Shown here: in pieces, positions 36,326 to 45,763 of the stretch | Position numbering within the stretch: the first letter of the stretch is position 1 | How the letters are laid out: the number at the start of each line of letters is the position of its first letter | Assembly (NCBI GenBank): GCA_964353355.1 | Contig: CAYGVT010000017.1 | Location: 24,567 to 88,566 of the forward strand | Source: an uncultured Thermoplasmata archaeon | GTDB lineage: Archaea > Thermoplasmatota > DTKX01 > GCA-020343715 | Direction: 5' to 3' | DNA length: 64,000 nt | Translations under genes and position numbers: made by a program | The notes under the pieces: model-generated | The model's database searches: none | Told to the model about the DNA's origin: nothing | Seen by the model: only the letters and a program-made list of their open reading frames with translations

Positions 36326-37300
36326 ATGCGCGGTATCCCCGCCGTGCCACGGGACAGGGAGAGCGTGCTCGACCCACGCAACCTCGCGATGGTGATGGCC
36401 ACCGTCATCATCTGGGCGTGCACGTTCCCGCTCATCACGCTCGCCCTCCGGGACCTGCCGCCCCTCACGCTCGCCGCCTTCCGGTTCGCGCTCGCATGCC
36501 CGATGTTCCTGGCGGTGCTCGCGTGGACCCAGGGCGGGTTCGGCGCTCTGCGCAGGCTCACGCGCAGGCAGTGGGGGCTCATCACCCTGTGGGCCCTCCT
36601 GTCCACGACGATTTCGAACATCACGCAGAACATCGGCATGCAGTGGACGTCCGCCTCCGTTAGCTCGGTGCTGCAGTCCTCGGGCCCCGTCCTGGGCATG
36701 TTCCTCGCCATCCTGTTCCTGGGCGAGCGCTACACGCACTTCAAGCTCCTGGGCGGCGTGCTCGCGACCGTGGGCACCGTCGGCATCGCGCTCGACATCG
36801 AGGGCGGGTTCCATGGCTCCACGGTCGTGGGCAACGTGCTGGTCCTGGGCTCGGAGCTGAGCTACATCCTCGCGGGGGTCGTGGGCAAGTACCTGCTGCG
36901 CGAGGTGGACCCCGTCACGCTCATGGCGGCGGCCTTCCCCATCGCGACCGCGCCCCTGGTGGCGGGCGCGCTGCTCGAATCGCCGGCCGCGGCCGTGGCC
37001 GCGGCCTCGGCGGGGACTTGGGGAATAGTGCTCTTCATGGCGACCATGCCCACGACGGTGGCGATGCTGCTGTGGTACGTCGTCCTCGACCGCGTGGAGT
37101 ACTCGCGCATCATCTACTTCATCTACCTCATCCCGGTCGTCGCCATCGTGGCCTCCTGGGCGCTGCTCGGGGAGGTCCTCACGCCGCTGCAGGCCCTCTT
37201 CACCGCGCTGGTCATCTCGGGGGTCCTCTCGGCGCAGAGGCGGGGGAAGGAACGGGTGGCGGTCGTCGGCACGGCCGGGGCACCTGCGCGCCCGGGATAG
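36326..37300 (+). CDS. EamA/DMT family transporter
   Basis: ~10 TM helices and two EamA-like halves (IIWACTFPLITLAL..., LVLGSELSYILAGVVGKYLL). ATG at 36326 is the first after upstream stop at 36315-36317. Confidence 0.8.
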   Translation: MRGIPAVPRDRESVLDPRNLAMVMATVIIWACTFPLITLALRDLPPLTLAAFRFALACPMFLAVLAWTQGGFGALRRLTRRQWGLITLWALLSTTISNITQNIGMQWTSASVSSVLQSSGPVLGMFLAILFLGERYTHFKLLGGVLATVGTVGIALDIEGGFHGSTVVGNVLVLGSELSYILAGVVGKYLLREVDPVTLMAAAFPIATAPLVAGALLESPAAAVAAASAGTWGIVLFMATMPTTVAMLLWYVVLDRVEYSRIIYFIYLIPVVAIVASWALLGEVLTPLQALFTALVISGVLSAQRRGKERVAVVGTAGAPARPG

Positions 37301-37348
37301 CCCGGGCCGATGGGGCGGGGACGGCCCGGGGTGGGGGCGCCGGGCGCA

Positions 37349-38656
37349 TCAGTCCCGTATCTCGATGGTGGCGAGCAGGAACGCCGCGAGCGCGATGAAG
37401 CCCCCCGTCACGGCGAGCACCGCCCACCAGCCGTAGGAGACGGCGACCACGCCGCCGATGGCGCCCCCGACGACGATGCCGACGCCCACGACGGCGTTGT
37501 AGGCGCCGATGACCTCGCCGTGGATGGATTCGGGCGCGAGGCGCGTGACGGTGGTCGTGCCCGCGACGGCGATGATGGCGTACATCGCCCCCGCGAGGCC
37601 GTTGAGGCACGCCGCGAGGACGAACGCGAGCCTGTCGCGGCCGACGTCGGCCGCGAGCAGCGCCAGCCCGAACGCCATGAAGATGAGGATTCGCAGCACC
37701 CAGGCGCCCAGCTGAGCGCGCTGGTTGCCGATGCGCTCGACCTCGCGGCCCGCCCAGGTGTAGAGCGCCGCGGCCATGACGGAGGACGCGAGGTAGACCA
37801 CGAAGATGCCAGAATCGCTCAGGCCCATGCCCTCGGAAAGCATCACGGGGAACGGCGTGTAGAACACGAGGAACCCCGCGAACACCAGGAACGAGGCGAC
37901 GAGGTAGAGGTCGAGAGTCCCGCTCCAGCTCGGGCCCGACCTGCGGGCGTGGCGGATCTGGCCAGGCCTCGAGTAGAACTGCGACGGGAGGAACCGCGGG
38001 CGCTCGAGGTAGGTCGAGTGCATGTGCAGCACCTCCTTCTGGAACCACCTGTGGTCGAACCTGAAGCTGGGCTCGTGCAGCCAGCGCGCCGACATCGCCA
38101 ACGACACCGCGAAGAGGCCGGCGCACACGCCCATGAGGATGCGCATGGCCATGTCGAGGCCGATGTCGAGGCTGGGCACGAATGCGAAGTAGACCGCGCC
38201 CAGCACGGTGCCGGCCACCCAGCCGACGCCGTTGACCTTGGTGAAGTAGCCGATGGCGCGCGTGCGCTGGGCCTTGGGGGTGCCCTCGAGGATGAGGATG
38301 GTAGAGGTCGGGACCGTAGCGGCTATGAAGAACCCCGCTGCGAGGTTCGCGGCCACGAACGTGGAGAACGTGGGCGCGGCGGCCATGGCCGCGTAGCAGA
38401 CCACCTCGCCCGCCTTTCCCCAGAGCAGCGGCGCGCGGGCCCTCTTCGTGCGGTCGACGTATGCCCCCCACAGGACGTAGGCCGGCACGGTCGAGATGGT
38501 GGCGGCGATGGCCGTGATGGTGACCTCGGCGACGCCCCCGCCGAGCACCTTGATGACGAACAGCGGCACGAGGGCGGAGCTCGCCCCCATCGCCATCTTG
38601 CTTATGAAGAACGCCCAGTACCACTTGGTGGCATGGGCGTGCGACGTGTTCGTCAT
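37349..38656 (-). CDS. MFS transporter
   Basis: 12 predicted TM helices. MFS motif [19 protein letters not shown] take the start as [17 protein letters not shown] (ORF extends to 38728). Confidence 0.8.
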   Translation of the reverse strand: MTNTSHAHATKWYWAFFISKMAMGASSALVPLFVIKVLGGGVAEVTITAIAATISTVPAYVLWGAYVDRTKRARAPLLWGKAGEVVCYAAMAAAPTFSTFVAANLAAGFFIAATVPTSTILILEGTPKAQRTRAIGYFTKVNGVGWVAGTVLGAVYFAFVPSLDIGLDMAMRILMGVCAGLFAVSLAMSARWLHEPSFRFDHRWFQKEVLHMHSTYLERPRFLPSQFYSRPGQIRHARRSGPSWSGTLDLYLVASFLVFAGFLVFYTPFPVMLSEGMGLSDSGIFVVYLASSVMAAALYTWAGREVERIGNQRAQLGAWVLRILIFMAFGLALLAADVGRDRLAFVLAACLNGLAGAMYAIIAVAGTTTVTRLAPESIHGEVIGAYNAVVGVGIVVGGAIGGVVAVSYGWWAVLAVTGGFIALAAFLLATIEIRD

Positions 38657-38728
38657 CCCGAGCGCATCCCGCGCCCCGGAACGTTTTTCGCTCGTTAATC
38701 CTTTGCCTCGCGCTCGCAGGGCGCCCAC

Positions 38729-39412
38729 TCACCCCTCTGGCACGATGCGCCCCTCGCGCAGCCGCACCGCGCGGTCGGCGATGCGCCTCGCCCTGGCGTC
38801 GTGCGTGACGATGAGGAGAGTCGCACCCCGCTCGCGGTTGGCCTCGGCGAGGGTGGCGAGCACCTCCGCGGCCGTGGCCTCGTCGAGGTTCCCCGTGGGC
38901 TCGTCGGCGACCACGAGCTCCGGCCCCTTGACGAGCGCGCGCGCGATGGCGACGCGCTGCTGCTCGCCGCCCGAGAGCTGGTGCGGGAACCTCCCCTCCT
39001 TGCCCGCGAGCCCGACGCGCGCGAGCGCGGCGTTCGCCGCGGTGCCGGGGTCGGTGCGCCCCAGCAGCTCCAGCGCGACGCCCACGTTCTCGAGCGCGGT
39101 GAGCGTCGGCAGGAGGTTGAAGAACTGGAAGACGTAGCCCACGTGCTCGCGCCTGTAGCCGGTGAGCGCGGCGTCGTCGAGCGCGCCCAGGTCGCGGCCG
39201 CCCACCGTGACCTTGCCCGTGTCCGGCCGGTCGATGCCGGCGGCGAGGTTGAGCAGCGTCGTCTTGCCCGAGCCCGATGGCCCGAGGACGGCGAGCACCT
39301 CGCCCCTCCCCACATCGAGGTCGACGCCCCTGAGCACAGGCACGACGACCTCCCCCGCGAGGTAGGACTTGCCCACGTTCCCGAACACCACCGCGGCCAC
39401 GGCATGGGTCAT
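38729..39412 (-). CDS. ABC transporter ATP-binding protein (LolD/MacB/FtsE-like)
   Basis: Walker [11 protein letters not shown]-loop, signature [15 protein letters not shown], Walker [13 protein letters not shown]. No FtsX-type permease adjacent. Confidence 0.85.
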   Translation of the reverse strand: MTHAVAAVVFGNVGKSYLAGEVVVPVLRGVDLDVGRGEVLAVLGPSGSGKTTLLNLAAGIDRPDTGKVTVGGRDLGALDDAALTGYRREHVGYVFQFFNLLPTLTALENVGVALELLGRTDPGTAANAALARVGLAGKEGRFPHQLSGGEQQRVAIARALVKGPELVVADEPTGNLDEATAAEVLATLAEANRERGATLLIVTHDARARRIADRAVRLREGRIVPEG

Positions 39413-39448
39413 GCGCGCCGCGCCATTTCAAGCTTCCCCAGTCATACC

Positions 39449-39489
39449 GGGGGCGGGGGGGGAGTGGGTGGGTGGGTGGGTGGGTGGGT
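39449..39489 (+). repeat. G-tract / (GGGT)n microsatellite (GGGGGCGGGGGGGGAGTGGGTGGGTGGGTGGGTGGGTGGGTC)
   Basis: Directly visible simple repeat between convergently oriented same-strand genes (MFS2 stop / ABC start on minus strand). Potential G-quadruplex on plus strand, (CCCA)n in the minus-strand transcript. Confidence 0.9.
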
Positions 39490-40808
39490 CACCTGAACCT
39501 CAGGTGCAGTAGGATGGCCACCGACACGACCGTTAGGACGCCTGTGGTGAACGCGACCGCGTAGTAGCCCGCGGCGGCCGCGATGGCGCCTCCCAGGAAG
39601 CCGCCCAAAATCATGCCCACGCCGATGATGGCGTTGTAGGCCCCGACCGCCTCGCCGCGGATGTACTCGGGAGCCAGGTCCGTGGCCGTGGTCGTGCCCG
39701 CGACGCTCACGACGGAGTAGAACACGCCCGTCGACGCGTTGAGCGCGAGCACGGCCGCGAACGCGAGCGTCGCGTGGCCCCACGCCATGAGCACGAGCGC
39801 CACCGCGAAGGCGGGGAAGATGACGGCGCGCGCGCCCCACGCGATGAGCTGCGCCTCGCGGTTGCCGAGCCGGTCCACCTCGCGGCCCGCCCAGGCGTAC
39901 ATCGCGGCGGCGGTGAGCGAGCCCACGAGGTAGACGACGAAGATGCTGGCGCTGTCGAGCCCGATCTCGTGCGAGAGCATCACCGGGAACGGCACGTAGA
40001 AGACCTGGATGCCCGCGAAGAGGATGAACGAGGACACGAGGTACAAGTCGAGCTCCCGCCCCCAGCCGGGGAAGAGCCGCCGGGCCTTGCGGATGATGCG
40101 GGGGTTGAACACGTAGAGCATCACGGAGGGCACGTGGCGCGCCCGCTCGAACATCCACGAGCGCATGGCGATGGCGTCATGGAAGAACCACCTGCGCTCG
40201 AGGCGGGCCTCGGGCTCCTCGATCCACGACTGCGAGAGCGCCCACGAGGCCGCGCTCATGGCCGCGCACAGGAGGAGCGACACGCGCATGGCTAATCCGA
40301 TGGGCATGAACATCGGCGCGAGGGCGAAGAAGGCCGTGCCGAGGGCCATGCCGGTCATCCAGCCGAGCCCCGAGACCTTGGTGAAGAGGCCAATGGCCTC
40401 GCCCCACCGCTCCTTGGGCGTGTGCTCCATGATGAGCATCGTGGACGAGGGGACCGTCGCGGCGAGGAAGAAGCCGTAGATGAGCTGGGCCACCACGAAC
40501 GCGAACAGGTCCGGCGCGAGCGCCATGATGCCGAGCGCCAGCGTCGTGAGTGCCATGCCCATGACGATGGGCTGCTTGCGCGTGCGCTGCTTGTCGGTGT
40601 ACTCGCCCCAGAGCATGAACCCGGGGACGGTCGCGACCGACGCGGCCACGGTCGCGAGCGTGACGGCCCCCACGCCTAGGCCGAAGACCTCCAGGACGAA
40701 GAGCGGTATCATGGGCGAGCTCATGCCGCCGGCGATCTTGCTGGGAAGGAACGCATAGTACCAGCGCTCTCCGCCGCCGCGGCGCACGATCTCCTGAGCG
40801 ATGCCCAT
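39489..40808 (-). CDS. MFS transporter (paralog of 37349-38656)
   Basis: WYYAFLPSKIAGGMSSPMIPLFVLEVFG..., motif GEYTDKQRTRKQPIVMG. Parallel sequence to the first MFS throughout. Confidence 0.8.
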   Translation of the reverse strand: MGIAQEIVRRGGGERWYYAFLPSKIAGGMSSPMIPLFVLEVFGLGVGAVTLATVAASVATVPGFMLWGEYTDKQRTRKQPIVMGMALTTLALGIMALAPDLFAFVVAQLIYGFFLAATVPSSTMLIMEHTPKERWGEAIGLFTKVSGLGWMTGMALGTAFFALAPMFMPIGLAMRVSLLLCAAMSAASWALSQSWIEEPEARLERRWFFHDAIAMRSWMFERARHVPSVMLYVFNPRIIRKARRLFPGWGRELDLYLVSSFILFAGIQVFYVPFPVMLSHEIGLDSASIFVVYLVGSLTAAAMYAWAGREVDRLGNREAQLIAWGARAVIFPAFAVALVLMAWGHATLAFAAVLALNASTGVFYSVVSVAGTTTATDLAPEYIRGEAVGAYNAIIGVGMILGGFLGGAIAAAAGYYAVAFTTGVLTVVSVAILLHLRFR

Positions 40809-40926
40809 GTCGAGTCGGCCGGAAGGCGCATGGGCGATTTAAGGGATTGCATTGGCCCGCGCATGGTCGGGCACTGCGTCTACCGTCGCAGCGCGCCCGG
40901 ACGCCGACCGCTTGCGCGCGGTGCGC

Positions 40927-41220
40927 CTAGGCGCCCTTGGTGCCCGCGGGCAGGAGCTGGGTGGCGCGCAGGGCATCGACGTCGGGCGCCTTGCCGCCGC
41001 GCAGCAGCAGCATCACGCTCTCCACGTCGCGCGGGTCCTTGAGGAAGGGCTTGACGCTCCTCACAAGGTACTCGCAGTCCCTCCGCGAGAGGCAATCGGG
41101 CCTCTTGTCAAACCCCGCAAGGAGGATGTCGACGATGGCCTCCCCCTTGTAGAAGCTCCTCCCAAGGGCTCCATGTAGGTAGTCGATTACAGCTTGGGGC
41201 TCCATGCAGAGGGACAACAT
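40927..41220 (-). CDS. hypothetical small protein
   Basis: 97-aa ORF, GC3-rich, transcribed divergently from the trmI promoter region. No recognisable motif. Confidence 0.45.
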   Translation of the reverse strand: MLSLCMEPQAVIDYLHGALGRSFYKGEAIVDILLAGFDKRPDCLSRRDCEYLVRSVKPFLKDPRDVESVMLLLRGGKAPDVDALRATQLLPAGTKGA

Positions 41221-41275
41221 ATTCCCATATATATTACCATATTTACGAGATTATTGCGGTTAATTATCACAGCCT
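41221..41275. promoter_or_regulatory. AT-rich bidirectional promoter region (CCATATATATTACC / TTAATTAT TATA-like elements)
   Basis: 55-nt AT-rich island in a 68% GC genome between divergent genes 40927-41220 (-) and 41282-42145 (+). Confidence 0.5.
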
Positions 41276-41281
41276 GGGAAG

Positions 41282-42145
41282 ATGGCAAGGCCAGGGGTCA
41301 TCTCAGCGGATGTCGGGCCACCCCTGCGAAGGCCTCCCTCCCAGGCAAGCGCTTATAATATCCCCCCGCCCTACACGAGGCCCGTGAACCTCCAGAGGGA
41401 CGAGGTGGTGGCGCTCATCGACCCCAAGGGCCGGCGTCACCTGGTCCGGCTGACGGGGGGCCCCGAGGCAGTCCAGAGGCTAGGGGTGGTTGACACCGCC
41501 CAGCTGGAGGGCATGGGCGAGGGGGCCACGTTCAAGGTTGGGTCGGTAGCGCTGACGGTCGTGCGCCCCACGCACCTGGACCTCGTGAGCGCGATGGAGC
41601 GCAGGTCGCAGATCGTGCTACCGCGCGACGCGGCCCTCATCGCGCTTTATGCGGACGTGAAGTGCGGGGACCTCGTGGTCGAGGCCGGCGCGGGCTCGGG
41701 GGCCCTGAGCCTCTACCTGCTCCGGCTGCTCAGGCCCGAGGGGAGGCTCGTGAGCTACGAGCTGCGCGAGGACCACGCGGCCATCGCGCGCGCCAACGTG
41801 GAGCGCGCGGGCCTCTCGCGGTGGCACACGCTGCGCCTGGCGGACGTGTGCGCGGGCATCGAGGAGCGCGAGGTGGACGCGGTCGTGCTGGACATGGGCG
41901 AGCCCTGGAACGCCGTGCCTGCGGCCACGGCCGCGCTGCGGCCGGGCGGCCGCATCGTCTCCTACTCGCCCACCATCGGCCAGGTCGAGCGCACCCACGC
42001 CGCGATGCGGGCTGCGCGCATGTCCGAGGTGCGCACGCTCGAGACGCTCGAGCGCGAGCTCGTCGTGGGGCCCCAGGGAACGCGCCCCTCCTTCGAGATG
42101 CTGGGCCACACGGGCTACCTCACCTCGGCGCGCAAGCTCGCGTGA
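41282..42145 (+). CDS. trmI: tRNA (adenine57/58-N1)-methyltransferase TrmI (Gcd14 family)
   Basis: SAM-binding VVEAGAGSGALSLYLL, GRLVSYELREDHAAIARANV, VDAVVLDMGEPWNAVPAATAALRPGGRIVSYSPTIGQV. N-terminal ~30 aa may be shorter in reality. Confidence 0.8.
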   Translation: MARPGVISADVGPPLRRPPSQASAYNIPPPYTRPVNLQRDEVVALIDPKGRRHLVRLTGGPEAVQRLGVVDTAQLEGMGEGATFKVGSVALTVVRPTHLDLVSAMERRSQIVLPRDAALIALYADVKCGDLVVEAGAGSGALSLYLLRLLRPEGRLVSYELREDHAAIARANVERAGLSRWHTLRLADVCAGIEEREVDAVVLDMGEPWNAVPAATAALRPGGRIVSYSPTIGQVERTHAAMRAARMSEVRTLETLERELVVGPQGTRPSFEMLGHTGYLTSARKLA

Positions 42146-42199
42146 TGTGACTTGAGGCCCCTGATGGACCTCCACGGTGGGACCGTGGCGCCTCAGACC

Positions 42200-43312
42200 T
42201 CAGTGCCGCGCGTTGGGGCGCCATAGGTTGCCCTTGCGGGCGGTCACGCGGTCGCGGATGTTGCGGAAGGCGACCGAGCCCACGACGGCCATCACGACGC
42301 CCGCCACGATGCTCGCCCAGGCGATGGCGTCGTTCTGGTCGAAGGCGGGGCCCTCGGAGAGCAGCGAGCCGATGACGTAGGTCGAGCCCCAGATGATGAG
42401 GCCCAGCGCGAGCGTGGCCAGGCTCTGGGAGACGATGGACCACTGGATGCGGCGGCGCAGCAGGAACGCGTCGAGGAATCCGAACAGCGTGTTGATGAGC
42501 GCTGCCACGACCGCGAACCACACGAACCACCCGAGGAACACCAGCGCGCCCTCCCAGGGCTTGACCCAGCCCTCGGCGCTCGCGGTGTGGTCGAACGAGT
42601 AGACCGCGCCCACGAGCACGACCACGAACGCGACCATCTTTCCGAAGAACGATATCTGCGAGGTGACGATGGACACCTTGGTGCGAGAGTACCAGTCGGA
42701 CGCCAGCTCGCCCGCGTTCACGAAATAGAGGAACAGGTAGATGCCGAACGCGAGTCCGATGGCGTACTTGGCCCACTGGCCGTAGTCCGTGAAGGCAAAG
42801 AGCGTGTAGACGATCAAGATGAGCGAGATGGGCACGAAGATGCGTCGGCCGAGGTCCTCCTCCTCGAACGCGCGACGGAGCACGTAGTAGGTCGACTCGG
42901 CCGTCTCGGACTGCTTGACGATGACGCGCTGCACGTGGTCGACAGGGATGCGGGACTGGATGATGGGCAGGACCTGTTCGTCCTCGGCCCCGTCGGACAC
43001 CACGACCGCGCTCTTGGGGTGGTGGTCCTTGAGGAACGCCTCCACGCTCTTGCCCAGGGCCAGGTCCGACCTGTAGCCCACGTAGGTGTCGCCGAGGAGC
43101 GTGACGATCTCCACGTCGCGGCCGGCCGCCTTGAGCTCGTCGTACATCTTCAAGGCGGCGAAGAGCGCGTTCATGTCGCTCTCCTCGGGGTCCTTGAGGC
43201 CCATGGCCACCGCGGCCTTGAGGTTCTCGCGGCGGCCCACGATGGGGCCGACTACCCCGAGCTTCTCACCGAAATCGTTGTCCCTGTCGATGCAGAAGAT
43301 GACGGTTTCCAC
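42200..43312 (-). CDS. DUF373 family archaeal membrane protein
   Basis: METVIFCIDRDNDFG N-terminus typical of DUF373. Soluble N-domain then 6-7 TM helices. TATA-like CCTAAAATAGG (minus) at 43343-43353. Confidence 0.8.
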   Translation of the reverse strand: METVIFCIDRDNDFGEKLGVVGPIVGRRENLKAAVAMGLKDPEESDMNALFAALKMYDELKAAGRDVEIVTLLGDTYVGYRSDLALGKSVEAFLKDHHPKSAVVVSDGAEDEQVLPIIQSRIPVDHVQRVIVKQSETAESTYYVLRRAFEEEDLGRRIFVPISLILIVYTLFAFTDYGQWAKYAIGLAFGIYLFLYFVNAGELASDWYSRTKVSIVTSQISFFGKMVAFVVVLVGAVYSFDHTASAEGWVKPWEGALVFLGWFVWFAVVAALINTLFGFLDAFLLRRRIQWSIVSQSLATLALGLIIWGSTYVIGSLLSEGPAFDQNDAIAWASIVAGVVMAVVGSVAFRNIRDRVTARKGNLWRPNARH

Positions 43313-43359
43313 TCGTGACCCTGTGTGCGTGATGCGCCCCTCCCCTATTTTAGGATTCC

Positions 43360-43660
43360 TCCATGTACCGCGCGGAGGAGACCCGGACTCCGGCGTACGC
43401 CGAAATGGACGGGGTCTCCCAGGGCGACGGGCGAGGGGGCTGCGGGAGCGGCCGGGGCGCGACCGTGCGTCGCGACCGGCGTGCGACCGTGAGCGCGGCC
43501 GCGGTGTCCCTGGCGCGCGGTCATGCCCTCGGGCAGTACTCGCGGAGCAAGGACAACCTTAAATACGAGAAGGCTCTTACGCTCTTTCCCGTGACCCAGG
43601 GGTCCCCATCTGGACCCATGGAAAGTCCCATGGTGGACGCCGGGTCGCCGGACGCTCCGG
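43360..43660. ncRNA. candidate structured non-coding RNA in a 357-nt GC-rich spacer (SRP/7S RNA or RNase P RNA are the obvious candidates; unresolved)
   Basis: No GC3-consistent ORF. Spacer is far longer than other intergenic regions here. Contains GGAAAGUCC (RNase P P4-like) at 43612-43620 and GGAGCAAGGA (SRP helix-8-like) at 43537-43546, plus many complementary GC-rich segments. Strand and identity not established. Confidence 0.3.
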
Positions 43661-43669
43661 AGGCGTTCC

Positions 43670-44125
43670 ATGACAACGGTATACGACGTGCCGCCGAGGA
43701 AGCTGATAGACCTGACGGCGACCAAGCTCAAGGAGATGAAGGAGATCGCGCCCCCGCCGTGGGTCGACCAGGTCAAGACGGGCCTGCATCGGGAGACGCA
43801 ACCAATCCAGCCCGACTGGTGGCACACCCGCGCGGCGGCCGTGCTCCGGAAGGTCTACGTGAAGGGCCCCATCGGGACCGAGCGGCTCTCGGCCGAGTTC
43901 GGCGGCTCGCAGGACAGATTGGTGAAGCCCAACGTGGCCACGAAGGGCTCCAGGGCCATCGTCCGCGAGGCGCTCCAGCAGCTGGAGGCGGCCGGCCTCG
44001 TGCAGGCCGACAAGAACCGCGGTCGAGTGATCACGCCGAAAGGCCAGAAGATGCTCGACGGCCTCGCCCGCGAGGTCATGAAGGAGCTCGCCAGCAAGGA
44101 GCCCGAGCTCGGGAAGTACTACTGA
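43670..44125 (+). CDS. rps19e: 30S ribosomal protein S19e
   Basis: [24 protein letters not shown]...[19 protein letters not shown]...[13 protein letters not shown] matches the S19e family. Confidence 0.9.
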   Translation: MTTVYDVPPRKLIDLTATKLKEMKEIAPPPWVDQVKTGLHRETQPIQPDWWHTRAAAVLRKVYVKGPIGTERLSAEFGGSQDRLVKPNVATKGSRAIVREALQQLEAAGLVQADKNRGRVITPKGQKMLDGLAREVMKELASKEPELGKYY

Positions 44126-44187
44126 GCGCGGATGCGCGAGGATGCACGGGAAGAGGACCGGTTGGAGGGCGCGCGGGAGGTGAGGGC

Positions 44188-44526
44188 ATGGGCGGCGACC
44201 AGGACATGGAGCTGGACGAGATACGCAGGCGCAAGCTCCTGGAGCTGCAGAAGCAGCAGGACTACCAGTCCCAGGCCCAGCAGCGCGCCGAGGTCATGGA
44301 GGCCCAGCGCCAGAACATCATGCGCGGCATCCTCACGCCGGAGGCCCGAGAGCGGCTCGGGCGCGTGAAGATGGCCTACCCGGACGTGGCCGGGCAGGTC
44401 GAGGACCAGCTCATCATGCTCGCGCAGAGCGGCCGGCTCAACAGGGTGATAGACGATGAGACGCTCCGGGACCTCCTGGCGCGCCTCGTCCCGCAGAAGC
44501 GGGACATCAAGATCCAGAGGAAGTGA
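44188..44526 (+). CDS. DNA-binding protein, PDCD5/TFAR19-like (COG2118)
   Basis: 112 aa. [12 protein letters not shown]...[47 protein letters not shown]. Conserved position between S19e and L39e. The long upstream ORF extension 43363-44187 is spurious. Confidence 0.8.
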   Translation: MGGDQDMELDEIRRRKLLELQKQQDYQSQAQQRAEVMEAQRQNIMRGILTPEARERLGRVKMAYPDVAGQVEDQLIMLAQSGRLNRVIDDETLRDLLARLVPQKRDIKIQRK

Positions 44527-44530
44527 ACCG

Positions 44531-44686
44531 ATGGCAAGGCACAAGCCCCTCGCCAAGAAGATCAGGCTCGGCAAGGCGACGAAGAGCAACCGCCGCGTGC
44601 CCGCATGGATAATGATGAGGACCAACCGCCAGTTCCAGCGCCACCCCAAGAGGCACCAGTGGCGCAGGAGCAAGCTGCAGCGATGA
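44531..44686 (+). CDS. rpl39e: 50S ribosomal protein L39e
   Basis: [51 protein letters not shown] (51 aa) is typical of L39e. Confidence 0.85.
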   Translation: MARHKPLAKKIRLGKATKSNRRVPAWIMMRTNRQFQRHPKRHQWRRSKLQR

Positions 44687-44723
44687 GCCCCGAGGGGCCC
44701 ATCGCATCAAAGGAGGTTTCAAC

Positions 44724-45002
44724 TTGGCTGAGGAATCACGCATATACGTAATACCCCTCGGGCGCGTCCACGGCGTGCCGCACACCAAGCGCTCGCCGTA
44801 CGCCATGAAGATCATCAGGCACTTCGTGGAGCGCCACATGAAGGTCGAGCCGGACGAGGAGATCGTCATCTCGCCCCTCGTCAACGAGGCCATCTGGGCC
44901 CGTGGCATCCAGAAGCCCCCACCCCGCATCCGGGTGAAGGTCTCGCGCCACGAGACCAAGGAGGGCAACCTCGTCGACGTGCAGCTCCCCGATGAGGAGT
45001 GA
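44724..45002 (+). CDS. rpl31e: 50S ribosomal protein L31e
   Basis: YVIPLGRV...RSPYAMKIIRHFVERHMK...IRVKVSR matches L31e. Confidence 0.9.
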   Translation: MAEESRIYVIPLGRVHGVPHTKRSPYAMKIIRHFVERHMKVEPDEEIVISPLVNEAIWARGIQKPPPRIRVKVSRHETKEGNLVDVQLPDEE

Positions 45003-45020
45003 GCGGGGCGAGGCGATAGC

Positions 45021-45683
45021 TTGGGAGTCAGGCAGCTCGATATCGGCGGCAATCCCTACGTCGGCGTGAGGTGCGCCGCCTCGGAGACCCTCTGCCTGGC
45101 CCCCATGGACGCGACGGAGGCCGAGCTGCGCGCCATCGGCGAGGCGCTCGGCATCGAGGTCGTGCGCACGACCGTGGGCGGCACCAACCTCGTGGGCACC
45201 ATGGTCGCGCTCAACTCGCGGGGCGCGGTCGTCGGCGACATCGCCAACGAGGGCGAGCTGGCCCCCCTGCGCGCGCGCAGGAGGGTCCTCGTGCTCGAGG
45301 GCCGCCTCAACTGCGCGGGCAACCTCATCCTCACCAACGACGAGCACGCGCTCCTGCACCCGCGCATCGGCAAGGACCTGGGCGAGCGCATCGCCGAGGC
45401 GCTCGGTGTGACGGTCGAGCGCGGCGACATCGCGGGCATGGGCGTCGTCGGCTCGGTCGCGACCGCCACGAACCGGGGCGTGCTCGTGCACCCCAAGGTC
45501 ACGAAGGAGGAGCTCGAGCTCCTCCGCTCGTTCTTCGCGCTGCCGGTCGACATCGGCACGCTCAACTACGGCTCGCCGATGATCGGCGCGTGCGCGGTCG
45601 CCAACTCGAAGGGCTCGGTCACCGGCACCCCATCGACCGGCATAGAGCTGGGCCGGCTCGAGGACGCGCTGGGCCTCTTCTGA
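45021..45683 (+). CDS. eif6: translation initiation factor 6 (aIF6/eIF6)
   Basis: Pentameric repeat pattern: NPYVGVRCAASETLCLAP, GTNLVGTMVALNSRGAVVGD, NLILTNDEHALLHP, GMGVVGSVATATNRGVLVHP, SPMIGACAVANSKGSVTG. Confidence 0.9.
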   Translation: MGVRQLDIGGNPYVGVRCAASETLCLAPMDATEAELRAIGEALGIEVVRTTVGGTNLVGTMVALNSRGAVVGDIANEGELAPLRARRRVLVLEGRLNCAGNLILTNDEHALLHPRIGKDLGERIAEALGVTVERGDIAGMGVVGSVATATNRGVLVHPKVTKEELELLRSFFALPVDIGTLNYGSPMIGACAVANSKGSVTGTPSTGIELGRLEDALGLF

Positions 45684-45730
45684 GCGCACGGGGGCGACCC
45701 CCGCACCTCACGCCATCGGAGGGCGACCGA

Positions 45731-45741
45731 AGGCTTTTTCC
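45731..45741 (+). terminator. oligo-T tract (AGGCTTTTTCC) downstream of eif6
   Basis: Archaeal terminators are oligo-T. Lies 48 nt after the eif6 stop. Confidence 0.3.
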
Positions 45742-45763
45742 ACGCGGGCGCCCTCAACGGGCC

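Noticed and set aside
39449-39489. G-rich repeat as possible CRISPR or mobile-element end
   Set aside because: Single short microsatellite (GGGT)n, no spacer-repeat periodicity, no cas or transposase genes nearby
43363-44187. Upstream 275 codons of ORF 43363-44526
   Set aside because: Only the last 112 codons (from ATG 44188) match the PDCD5-like DNA-binding family. The upstream part overlaps rps19e in another frame and the GC-rich spacer; it is a read-through artefact
45071-45763. N-terminal part of 520-aa ORF 45071-46633
   Set aside because: Overlaps eif6 in a different frame with Arg/Gly-rich junk. Family similarity (PqqB-like) begins at GTG 45764, just after an oligo-T tract
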